From assembly GCF_006345805.1 (NCBI RefSeq), contig NC_043000.1, forward strand, positions 92,256,001-92,320,000: a stretch of 64,000 bases of DNA, in the 5' to 3' direction. Below the pieces are notes generated by a model that was not told the origin of the DNA, ran no database searches, and worked only from the letters and a program-made list of their open reading frames with translations. The position numbers and the translations under genes were made by a program. Positions 1 to 10,565 of this stretch are shown in pieces. This stretch comes from Octopus sinensis. Taxonomy: Eukaryota. The stretch's first letter is position 1; each line of letters opens with the position of its first letter.

Positions 1-37
1 CAAAGCCATCGGCCTCCATTTATTAACACACACATAA

Positions 38-89
38 ATGTTTATACATATGTATATTTATGTATATATGCATGCGCATACACACACAC

Positions 90-131
<42 letters not shown>

Positions 132-222
132 TTACACATATATATATATATATATATACTTACATATATATATATATAATATATATATATATATGTGTAC
201 ATACTTATATATATATATATTA
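38..222. repeat. (TA)n/(CA)n microsatellite
   Basis: Direct dinucleotide runs; explains the YI/HT ORF. Confidence 0.95.
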
Positions 223-280
223 GAAATATTGAATTTCTAAATGTCTCAAAGAGACATGAGCGGTGGTGGAGCGATAGAGT

Positions 281-397
281 GGTTATATACTGTCAACATA
301 ACATGACAGTCCCGTAAGGGAATTACACCACTAGGGCTAAACAGCGGTGGTGTAATTCCTTTACGGGACTGTCACGTTATGTTGACAGTATACAACC
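281..397. repeat. Palindromic (fold-back) element, ~51-bp arms and ~15-nt loop
   Basis: ggttatatactgtcaacataacatgacagtcccgtaagggaattacaccac versus gtggtgtaattcctttacgggactgtcacgttatgttgacagtatacaacc; reverse complements with about 3 mismatches. Confidence 0.9.
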
Positions 398-502
398 ACA
401 CTCTCTCACTTTCTCCCTCTCTCTCTCTCTCTCTCCATATATATATATATATATGGCAAAAAAGAATTTCATTTGTATATATTCACAGACGCAAACATAC
501 AT

Positions 503-537
<35 letters not shown>

Positions 538-750
538 AAAAGAATTTCACTGTATACACTCACACACACTTACGTATATACATGTGTGTGTACATATATA
601 TGTATATATATATATATACTTACACACACACACACACATACACAAAAGATACATTATATTTACTTGAAAATAAACTTATCAATTCTTAAGTACTTGCTTA
701 ATTTATTTCATCAAGAGATTTCAAAATCCATTTACGAAGGGTGGTGTGAC

Positions 751-783
<33 letters not shown>

Positions 784-1092
784 GAAAGAAAAAGAGAAGG
801 GAGTGAAAGTGTTCTGTCTTTAATTGCAATAAAATGAACAAATATAAAAAAAAAAGTAAAATAAATATAGAACTCAGAAAGACTAACCAAAATATGATCC
901 CAGATGTCTAAGATTGCTTACAAGTAATAATTGGCAGCAAGTACTTAAGTAATAATTCTCGTATTACTGCCGAGATATCTTTAGTGTCATTATAGTATTG
1001 ATATATTCGTTATCATCATCATCATAATCATTATTAGTATTGTTATTGTTTTTGTGGTTGTTTTTGTTGTTACTGTTGTTGTTGTTATTATT

Positions 1093-1305
1093 AAGGTGGC
1101 AAACTGGCAGAATTGTTAGCACACCGGGCAAAATGCTTAGTAGTATTTCAACATTCCTTACATCTTGAGTTCAAATTCCACTGAGGTCACTTCGCCTTTT
1201 GTCCTTATGAGAATCAATGAAATAAGTACTAGTTACATACTGGGGTTGATGTAATTGACTATCGCCCTCTCCCAAATTTCAGACCTTGTGCCTGTAGCAG
1301 AAAGG

Positions 1306-1306
<1 letters not shown>
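1093..1306 (+). mobile_element. SINE family A (ggcGAGCTGGCAGAA head; gagttcaaattcc B-box-like motif)
   Basis: Homologous copies in this window near 2917, 3560-3785(-), 4300-4450, 10940-11105(-), 14870-15045(-), 34670-34860(-), 44840-45000, 45010-45190(-), 45540-45745(-); ends in (TTA)n. Confidence 0.8.
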
Positions 1307-1347
<41 letters not shown>

Positions 1348-1438
1348 GTTATTGTTATTACTATTATTATTATTGTTATTGTTATTACTATTATTATTAT
1401 TGTTATTGTTATTATTATTATTATTATTATTATTGTTG

Positions 1439-1478
<40 letters not shown>

Positions 1479-1504
1479 CATTATTATTATTATTATTATT
1501 ACTT

Positions 1505-1936
1505 TTTTTTTCTTCTTTCAAATTTGCTTCCATTTCTTGCTGAGTGTCTTCCCGACTCCTAGGGCAAAGAAACTCATAGTATACATTGGTAGGCCATTAA
1601 ACCAAACTCAATAATTCGTTCATTTTTTTTTTTATTTTTTTTTTTAAGTTAAATTAAAATACATGAGCAGCAACAGTTCTCACATCGACAATGCTCTTCT
1701 CAATACGTGTGATGTACCAGTTAAGACAATCTTTTGCACTTCTTGCAGGGATGGTAAGCCAGGGATCATTCTCATATAATTTTCGGTTCCCTTCTTGATC
1801 ATTCCTAGTGCTCCTACGATCACTGGTATTGTAACCGCCTTGAGATGCCACATTTTCTCAATTTCAATGAGTAGGTCTTTATATTTTCTGAGCTTGTCAA
1901 ACTCTTTCGCTGAGATATTATGATCACAGGGGATGC

Positions 1937-1940
<4 letters not shown>
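1505..1940 (-). mobile_element. 5'-truncated R4/Dong-like REL non-LTR retrotransposon (C-terminus plus 3' UTR)
   Basis: ORF end SIPCDHNISAKEFDKLRKYKDLLIEIEKMWHLKAVTIPVIVGALG...LTGTSHVLRRALSM* (stop 1680-1682); 3' UTR 1515-1600 is the reverse complement of ~47113-47210; (TAA)n on both sides. Confidence 0.85.
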
Positions 1941-1967
<27 letters not shown>

Positions 1968-2052
1968 CATTATTATTATTATTATCATTATTATTATTAT
2001 TATTATCATTATTATTATCATTATTATTATATTATTATCATTATTATTATTA

Positions 2053-2087
<35 letters not shown>

Positions 2088-2112
2088 ATTATTATTATTA
2101 TTATTATTGTTA

Positions 2113-2590
2113 TTGAATGAGAGAGCAGTGCATGCCATCAAAATGACACTGGGATAAAATATTTGAAGCCCAGTATACACATCATGACAACTTGTCTTAT
2201 AAGGGTACACCAGACACATGCATCACAACCATATGCGTGCAACATAGTGATCTCATATCAAGATAAACAGCACATGACCTTGCAGGTGGGGCCCAGTTAG
2301 AATTTTCTTCTGGTTGAGTAATTCATCCCACTTAAAAGATCCCTGAATAAGGGTTGTTTAAGGATGTTGAATGAAACACCCATGTTTTCAGAGGTGAATT
2401 GTTCAAACCCCAAAGAATCCCTCTCAACACATGGCTATGATGCTCCCCCACTACTTCTGCATGTGATCAGAGATGCACATATCGTCAGCCACTAAGGACA
2501 TGCTCAACTGGTTACGGTCAAATAAATGACAAGCAAATCTGTGGTATTGAGCAGAATATTTGCTGTAGCCCATCTTTTATACCAAGACAT
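2113..2590 (-). mobile_element. ~480-bp non-coding interspersed element bounded by (TAA)n
   Basis: Complex sequence cleanly bracketed by TTA tracts, ending on the minus strand in ...ctctctcattc-(aat)n. Single copy here; recalled as an abundant octopus repeat (unverified). Confidence 0.5.
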
Positions 2591-4042
2591 TATCATTATT
2601 ATTATTATTGTGATTTCAAAGAAAAAGGTAATGTAAAAGGAGAAGAAAGGGGACTCTCTACACCCCCTTTTTTTGACCAGGCTCCCGTTGGCTTTTGTAG
2701 GGTTTTTTTCCACCGGGAACATTTCGAGACGTCTCCCCCTTTTGGGAGTTTTTCATTGTTTTTAATAATCATTGCTTTAAAGTTTTTTACACGGATTTTT
2801 TTAACAAACGGACAAAACCCTTTGTAACTTTTTGTCCTGTCTTGTCCCTTTATGTAATCATGCGTGTCAGCCCTTGTGGCCAATAAAAAAGAATTGATTA
2901 TTATTATTATTATTATGAAGTGGCAAGCTGGCTGAATCATTAACATGCCAAAAGAAATGCTTAGCAGCAGTTCGTTTATCTTTATGTTCTGAGTTCAAAT
3001 GAGCTTGAAAGTACCAGTCAAATAGGGTGTTGGTCAAGGATATCTACTTACTATCTTCCCCCAGAATGGCTTTCTTGTATAATTTTGAATATGCAATATA
3101 ATTTCAAGAGAGATAGGTTGTCATCATTGCCAAAGTAGGCACAAGCCACCTGGGTAGCACCTGTGCCACTGACATGTAAAAAACACCATTTGAGCATAGC
3201 CGATGCCAGTGCCACCTGACTGACTCCCATGCTGGTGGCACATAAAAGCACTCACTATACTCTCAGAGTGGTTAGCATTAAGAAGGGCATCAAGCTGTAG
3301 AAATCTTGCCAAATCAGATTGGAGTCTGGTGCAGCCTTCTAGCTTGCCAGTTCTCAGCCAGACCATCCAACCCATGCCAGCATGGAAAGAAGACTTTCAA
3401 CGATGATGATAATGATGATGATATATATATACACATGACTGACCTCTCACCTACCGAATTCATTTACAAGACTTTGGTTAGCCTGAGGCAATAGTAGAAG
3501 ACACTTGCCCAATGTGTTGCACAGATAGACTGAAACCAAGACCGTGTGCTTGGGAAGCAAACAGCTTATTTATATTGGTTTCAAATTTTGTCACAAGGCG
3601 TGTAATTCAGTGGGAGGGGTAAGTCAATCACAGTGACACCAGTACTTAACTGGTACTTAATTCATTGACAAGAATGAAAGGCAAAGTCGACCTTGGCAAA
3701 ATTTGAATCCCGAACATAAAGATGGATGAAATGCCGGTAAACATTTTGCCTGGCATGCTGGCAATTCTGCCAGCTTGCTGACTTAAACTTCTTACTCATA
3801 TTGAAATGACATAAAAATATCCTTGTTACTGAGTATCACTGTTTTTATGTTAAATTTACATAAATTACTTAGTCTATTATGCTTGCCTATGAAGAGTAAT
3901 CATTTAGCGATTATTGTCAGATCTTAAGTATATCTGTATCAGCCTATCTAGTTAGCTAGCTTTCAATTTTCAATTAATCTATGTATCTATCTATTCATCT
4001 ACTTTGACATACATAGATAAATACATACATATATACACAAAC

Positions 4043-4200
4043 ATGAGGGTTTGCTGGAAAGTTTCTATCTTTAATGGTATTGTGAAAAGCCTCATCGGAG
4101 GCCCAAACTTCTGAGTTCTTTTACAGGGCTTAGAAAAACTGAAGGACCACTGCAATGAGTGTGTGAATTTGAGAGGGGAATATGTTTAAATAAAATCATA
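4043..4200 (+). mobile_element. Internally deleted mariner derivative
   Basis: TIR-like start (a)tgagggtttgctggaaagt followed by LQGLEKLKDHCNECVNLRGEYV*, resembling the mariner transposase C-terminus (GIxKLxxRWxKCIxxxGDYVE). Confidence 0.55.
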
Positions 4201-4614
4201 ATTAACTGATCCTCAGGTATTTTCTTTTATCCAAAGCCAGGAACATTTCAGCACCCTCTTGTATATATCCGAATATTAATATCTGAACAGCAGTTTGTCC
4301 ATCTTTATGATTTGAATTCAAATTCTGCTGAGGTCGATTTTGCCTTTCATCATTTTGGGGTTGATAAAATGAGTACCAGTTGAGCACTGGGGTCAATTCA
4401 AATGACTTACCCATTCCCCTGAAATTACTGGCCTTGTGCCATCATTTGAAATTTATATATATATATATATCATCATCATCATCATCGTTTAACGTCCGTT
4501 CTCCATGCTAGCATGGGTTGGACGGTTCAACCGGGGATCTGGGAAGCCAGAAGGCTGCACCAGGCTCCAGTCTTATCTGGCAATGTTTCTACAGCTGGAT
4601 GCCCTTCCTAACGC

Positions 4615-4658
<44 letters not shown>

Positions 4659-4664
4659 GTTGCA

Positions 4665-4986
4665 GTGAAGGCACATGGTTTAGTGGTTAGGGCATTCCGC
4701 TCAAGATCAAAAGGTCATGAGTTCATTTCCTAACAATATATTGAGTCCTTGAACAAGACACTTTATTCCATGATGCTCCAGTCCACTCAGCTGGCAAAAA
4801 TGAGTAGTACCTGTATTTCAAAGGGCCAGCCTTGTCCCACTCAGTGTCACACTCAATCTCCTTGAGAACTATATTAAGGGTACACATGTCTGTGGAGTGA
4901 TCAGCCACTTGCACTTTAATTCAACAAGCAAGCTGCTCCGTTGATCATATCAGCTGGGACCCACGTCATCATAACTGACGGAGTGC
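4665..4986 (+). mobile_element. tRNA-derived SINE family C, tail type 1
   Basis: Head tggtttagtggttagg (A-box), core ttgaacaagacacttt...ctccagtccactcagctg; homologues at 6932-7292 (+) and 45235-45513 (-). Confidence 0.85.
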
Positions 4987-5149
4987 TCCCTGTATGTTAC
5001 ATGTTTGTGTTTTCCTTCTTGACAAATATTTCACTGCTATATTTAACAGGTCAAGTGAGTGATTATATAGACAGTAACTCTCAATTGCTTTGCAAACTTA
5101 TATATTAGTGTTACTGTTGTTGTTTTCACCGTAGGTGGCGCTGTTGTCG

Positions 5150-6060
5150 ACTAATGAGGCAATATGATCGCAGCTGTTGCAGGAACGATTGAGTATAACT
5201 TACAACAATAACAAACCACCACCACCACTACCAGCAGCAGCAACAACAACAACAACAACAACAACAAAATTAACATCAACACTGCCTCAACAATAAGAAT
5301 CCATTTTATAGTTGCTACTCTTACCGCTGTCACCACTACCACCACCACCACCACTGATACAAACGCCATCACCTCCTCCACCATCACCATCATCACTGCC
5401 AACAGCACCACCATCACCATATCTACTGTCATCACAACCATGACCACTACTGTCGCCACCATCATTAATGCCACTACTACTACTACTACTATCACCAACA
5501 CTACCTTCGCCACTACTACCATCACTACCATCATCACCACTATCACCACTATAAGTATCATTACCACCAGCAGCAACAGCAGCAGCACCACCACCACTAC
5601 CACCACTACCACCACCACCACCACCATCATCACCACCACCACCACCACCACCACCATCACCATCACCACCACCACCACCATCACCACCACCACCACCACC
5701 ATCACCATGATCACCAGCAACCATAGCACTAACATCATCACTACCACATGACTGCTGCCATGACTGTCACCACTGTGCCATTGCTGCCTCGAACACCACC
5801 ACTGTGCCACTGCTGCTGTTGTAGCCACTACTGTTGTTGCCACCACCATTTCTGCCACCAACACCGCCACCACCACTACCAGTATCAATACTGCTAACAT
5901 CATGTTCCTCAGAATAAGATTACTCGTTGTCATTACCTCCATCACCAATACCATCACCATCACCACAACTACCACCACCACAACCACACCCATCACCACC
6001 ACCACCACCAGCATCAGCCCACCGACATCACTACCACCACCACCACCAATCTAGCATCAT
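5150..6060. repeat. Compound (ACC)/(ACT)/(AAC)/(CAT) trinucleotide tract
   Basis: Direct; source of the poly-Thr/Val/Gly ORFs. Confidence 0.9.
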
Positions 6061-6469
6061 CACCTCTAATATCCTTATTATATGTAGCTTGGTTCAGTGA
6101 TAAGATATCTAAACAAGATATCTTCTAGCAGTTATCGACTATTTAGGACCCACACCATTGAGATTTCAATGGTATCCAGTAACCCCTAATATCGACTGAC
6201 ACCCTCATAAAAACGGTTCCAATTCATTTACCTATTTATTTATTTATTGTTTGTTTATTTGTTTATTCAGCAATCTATTTATAGGAATGATGCTAATTTA
6301 GGCAGCAGGGTAAAATTTACTCTACAAAATTGATCACAGCAGGATTTGAACTCGGAATGTAAAGACTCGAAAGAAAGATGCTCTAGTGATTGTGCTAATC
6401 TGCCAGCTCAACTCAAGGTTAAGTCTGAGTGTAACCTTGGGCTGATATATATATATACATACATATATA

Positions 6470-6681
6470 TTTAAGAATGAGAAAATGAAGAAAATAGAAA
6501 AAATTGATGTACAGACTTTATTTATTTAAAGACGTTCAAATCCATGTACAAAAATTCCTGCCTACAGCTGTTTCCAAATCCAATCAATTTGATTACAGAA
6601 AAAATTCAAATTCCTGTATTTGAATCCAATCAATGTCATTATGTCAATTTTTTCTAATTTCTTCATTTTCTCATTCTTAAA
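6470..6681. mobile_element. MITE-like element with ~38-bp terminal inverted repeats
   Basis: tttaagaatgagaaaatgaagaaaatagaaaaaattga (6470-6507) versus tcaattttttctaattttcttcattttctcattcttaaa (6644-6681), one indel; follows a (TA)n tract. Confidence 0.75.
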
Positions 6682-7309
6682 GTTTTTAAAAAATCTTTAT
6701 GTTTCAATGATAAACTAATATATTTGGTTTCCACTGAACACTGGTATAAATCAGTGAACTAGGATGCTAGCATCCCTTAAAGGATTTTAGTTCCTTGACT
6801 AAATACATATATATATATATACATACATACATATATGTGTGAGTGTCTATCTGTTTATATATATGGGTGTGTGTATGTGCATGTGTGTTTGGTATATATA
6901 TGTGTGTGTGTGTGTGTGTGCATGTGTGTGTGTGGAGGCACAATGTCTCAGTAGTTAGGGCAGTGGACTCATGGTTGTAGGATCATGGTTTCGATTCCCA
7001 GACCGGGTGTTGTGAGTGTTTAGTGAATGAAAACACCTAAAACTCCACAGGGCTCCAGCAACAACAACCCTGTTGTACTCTTTCATCACAAATTTCTCTC
7101 ACTCCTGTTTCTATTGTACCTGTATTTCAAAGGGCCAGCCTTGTCACACACTGTGTCATGCTGAGAACTACATTAAAAGTATATGTGTCTGTGGAGTGCT
7201 CAGCCACTTGCATGTCATGTTAATATCATGAGCAGGCTGTTCCGTTAATTGGATTAACTGGAACCCTCATCATCACAATTGACAGAGTGCCACGATGATA
7301 TATATATAT

Positions 7310-9828
7310 CATCAACATCATCATCATCGTTTAACGTCCGTTTTCTGCACTAGCATGGGTTGGACGGTTCGACTGGGGTCTGGGAAGCCTGGAGGCTGCA
7401 CCAGGCTCCAGTCTGATCTGGCAGTGTTTTTACAGCTGGATGCTCTTCCTAATGCCAACCACTCCGCGAGTGTAGTGGGTGCTTTTTACGTGCCACCGGC
7501 ACAGATGCCAGGAGAGTCTGGCAGCGACCACGATCAGTTGGTGCTTTTACCGTGCCTCCGGCACAGAAGTCAGTTAGGGCGGCGCTGGCATCGGCCACGT
7601 TCGGATGGTGCTTTTTACATGCCACCGGCACAGAAGCCAGTCAAGGCGGTGCTGGCATCGGCCACGTTCGGATGGTGCTTTTTATGTGCCACCGGCACAG
7701 GTATCACAACTACTATTTCCATTGATATGTATTTCGATGTTCATGTCTCAATAGGTCTCCTCAAGCACAGCGGGTTGTTCTGAAATCCAATGGGCAGGGA
7801 CTATGCGGAACTGGTGCAGGAAACAACCCGGGTCTTTGCAGTCACAGCATATCTCCAGAGATCTCGGTCCTTCATCATTGCCTCTGTGAGGCCTAACGCT
7901 CTGAGGTCATGCTTGACTACCTCATCCCATGTCTTCCTGGGTCTACCTCTCCCCCTGATACCTTCAACTGTTTGGGAGCGGCACTTCTTCACACATCTCT
8001 CCTCATCCATCTGCAGTACATGACCATACCATCACAAGCGTAGCTCTTGCACACCACATCTGATGCTTCTTATGTCCAGCATTTCTCTCAGGGTGCTTAC
8101 ACACTGTCGTGCGTGCACGCTGACATTACACATCCAGTGGATCATGTTAGCTTCATTTCTTTCAAGTCTACACATGTCCTCTGCAGTCACAGCCCATGTT
8201 TCACTACCGTGAGGCACGGCAGTTCACACACATGCATCATACAATCTACCTTTCACTCTGAGCGAGAGACCCTTTGTCGCCAGTAGGGGTAGGAGCTTTC
8301 TGGACTTTGCCCAGGCTATTCGTATTCTAGTGGTGACACTCTCTGAGCATCCACCTCCACTACTAACTTGGTCACCCAGATAGCGGAAACTATCAACTAC
8401 TTCTAATTTCTCTCCTGGAATGTGATGGAATCTGTTTTCTGTGTGTCTGTGGTGTCTATTGTCCCTGTGCATCTGCCGCACATGAAAGCTATCTTATCAG
8501 TTAATTTCCCTTTGATGTTGCTGCACCTCTTATGCATCCATAGCTTACACTGGGTACATCTTATGGAGTTTCTACCAACAAATTTCCTACAGATCGAGCA
8601 GGGCCACCTGCCCGAGGGGGTGTGTGCTGAGTTCACCTTTCTGCTTACTATAACTTTGGTCTTTGCTACATTTACTCTAAGGCCCTTTGATTCTAACCCT
8701 TGCTTTCACACCCGAAGTTTCTCTTCTAGTTCCGGTAGTGATTCTGCTATGAGAGTCAGGTCATCAGCATAGAGGAGCTCCCAGGGGCAACCTGTTTTGA
8801 ATTCCTCTGTTATTGCCTGGAGGACTATGATGAATAAAAGGGGACTGAGGGCTGAACCTTGGTGTACACCTACTTCTACCCGGAATTCTTCACTATATTC
8901 GTTGCCAATCCTAACCTTGCTGACAGCCTCTCTGTATAGGGCTTGTACAGCCCTTATTAGCCATTCATCAATCTCCAGTTTCCGCATCGACCACCAGATA
9001 AGGAATCGGGGGACCCTGTCAAAGGCTTTCTCCAAGTCCACAAAAGCTATGTAGAGGGGTTTATCTTTAGCTAGGTACTACTCCTGCAGTTGTCAGACCA
9101 GGAATATAGCATCAGTGGTGCTTCTACCCGGCACAAAACTGGACTGCATCTCATCTAAGCAAATTCTCTCCCTAATGAGATGGGCTATGACCCTCTCTGT
9201 GACCTTCATCACCTGATCCAACAGTTTAATACTCCTGTAGTTATTTCTATCTAGAGCATCACTTTTACCCTTGTAGCAGTTGACTATGGTGCTGCTATGC
9301 CAGTCATTGGGTATGACTCCATTATGAACTACATGATTTACAATGCAGGTGACTAGGCCATAGCCCACACAACCAGCTGTCTTAAGCATCTCAGTAGTGA
9401 TTCCTGATGGGCTGAGGGCTTTACCTGGTTTCATACCCTTAATTGCCTTAACTACAAAGTCAACATTTGGCAGGCTCTCCTCTTCCCATTCATTCTCCAC
9501 CATCAGCAGTCTTTCATAATGGCTTCTCCAAGCCTCTTTCTTCTCACCATCATTAAAAGCAAGTGCACCATCATCCATGCGGACACATTTCTCTCCTGTA
9601 ACATCACTATTTTCTCTCACACACTGTCTACCAATCCGAAATACCTCAGTTCTTTGGTCCTCACGTCGCTGGACATTGGCAAACTTCTTCTTTTCTGCTA
9701 CATCTTTGACTATGTATACCTGCCACCCAGCCTCCCTTTTGGCTACCTGGTACAGTTCCCTGCTATCCCCATCCCACCAGGCTTTCCAGGCCTGTTTCTT
9801 TGCACTAATGGCTTTGTCTACTGTACTA
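7310..9828 (-). mobile_element. RTE-clade LINE, 5'-truncated and frameshifted
   Basis: RT motifs DLEKAFDRV, GVHQGSALSPLLF, LLYADDL (8706-9041); upstream KALSPSGI...YKGKSDALDRNNYRSIKLL; C-terminal HGSETW and GRGRPRKTW; 3' UTR ending in a (GAT)n tail. Confidence 0.95.
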
Positions 9829-10199
9829 CATATATATATATATATATATAGTATTGAATTCACTCATTTTTACTTTAGATGTACAAAGTCGTATGAAACG
9901 AGTTCAAATTCTATGGCTATTTTAGGTAATCAAATGGTTGTATCTGAGAACTATAGAATACACCAGAAAGCCTTTCTACAATCTACATAATTACATAAAA
10001 TCACAACACATACATACCCACATATATATATTTATAAATAAGAGCAAAAAAAATTTCTATCCCCTTTTTCTTTTCTTTTGCCCTTTTATAATTGTTTATA
10101 ATTTTCACCTGAAAAGGTATTATAATATACTGGCCACTGATGAAATTTTTTGAAAAAATTTTATCCTACATCAAAAGTAAATATATATATACTTATATG

Positions 10200-10565
10200 T
10201 GAATCAGAATCAGAATCGAAATCGATCAATGGAAATTGCAACTGAGTTACCAGTGCCGGTGGCACGTAAGAGAACCATCCGAATGTGGCCGTTGCCAGCA
10301 CCACCCAGACTGGCCTCGTGCCGGTGGCACGTAAAAAGCACCATCCGTTCGTGGCCGTTGCCAGCCTCGCCTGGCACTTGTGTGGGTGGCACGTAAAAAG
10401 CACCCACTACACTCACGGAGTGGTTGGCGTTAGGAAGGGCATCCAGCCGTAGAAACACTGCCAGATCAGACTGGGCCTGATGCAGCCTTCTGGCTTCACA
10501 GACCCCAGTTGAACCGTCCAACCCATGCTAGCATGGAAAGCGGACGCTAAATGATGATGATGATG
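10200..10565 (+). mobile_element. Short RTE 3'-end derivative with (GAT)n tail (family D)
   Basis: Reverse complement of the 7310-7750 3' UTR; further copies near 3140-3420, 4470-4620, 16140-16320, 35540-35790, 39400-39720, 49950-50150, 56740-56960, 63970-64000. Confidence 0.85.

Noticed and set aside
2455-2495. CUGACGA core-like heptamer on the minus strand of the 480-bp element
   Set aside because: Followed by a displaced stem and GAAG; helices I and III cannot be formed.
5151-6014. 287-aa Val-rich ORF and overlapping Thr/Gly-rich ORFs (mucin- or reflectin-like appearance)
   Set aside because: Stop-free trinucleotide repeat open in several frames on both strands; no domain or splice evidence.
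6555-6580. GAAACAGCUGUA half-hammerhead (minus strand) inside the 6470-6681 MITE
   Set aside because: No CUGANGA-like core or helix I partner in the right order; at most a relic.
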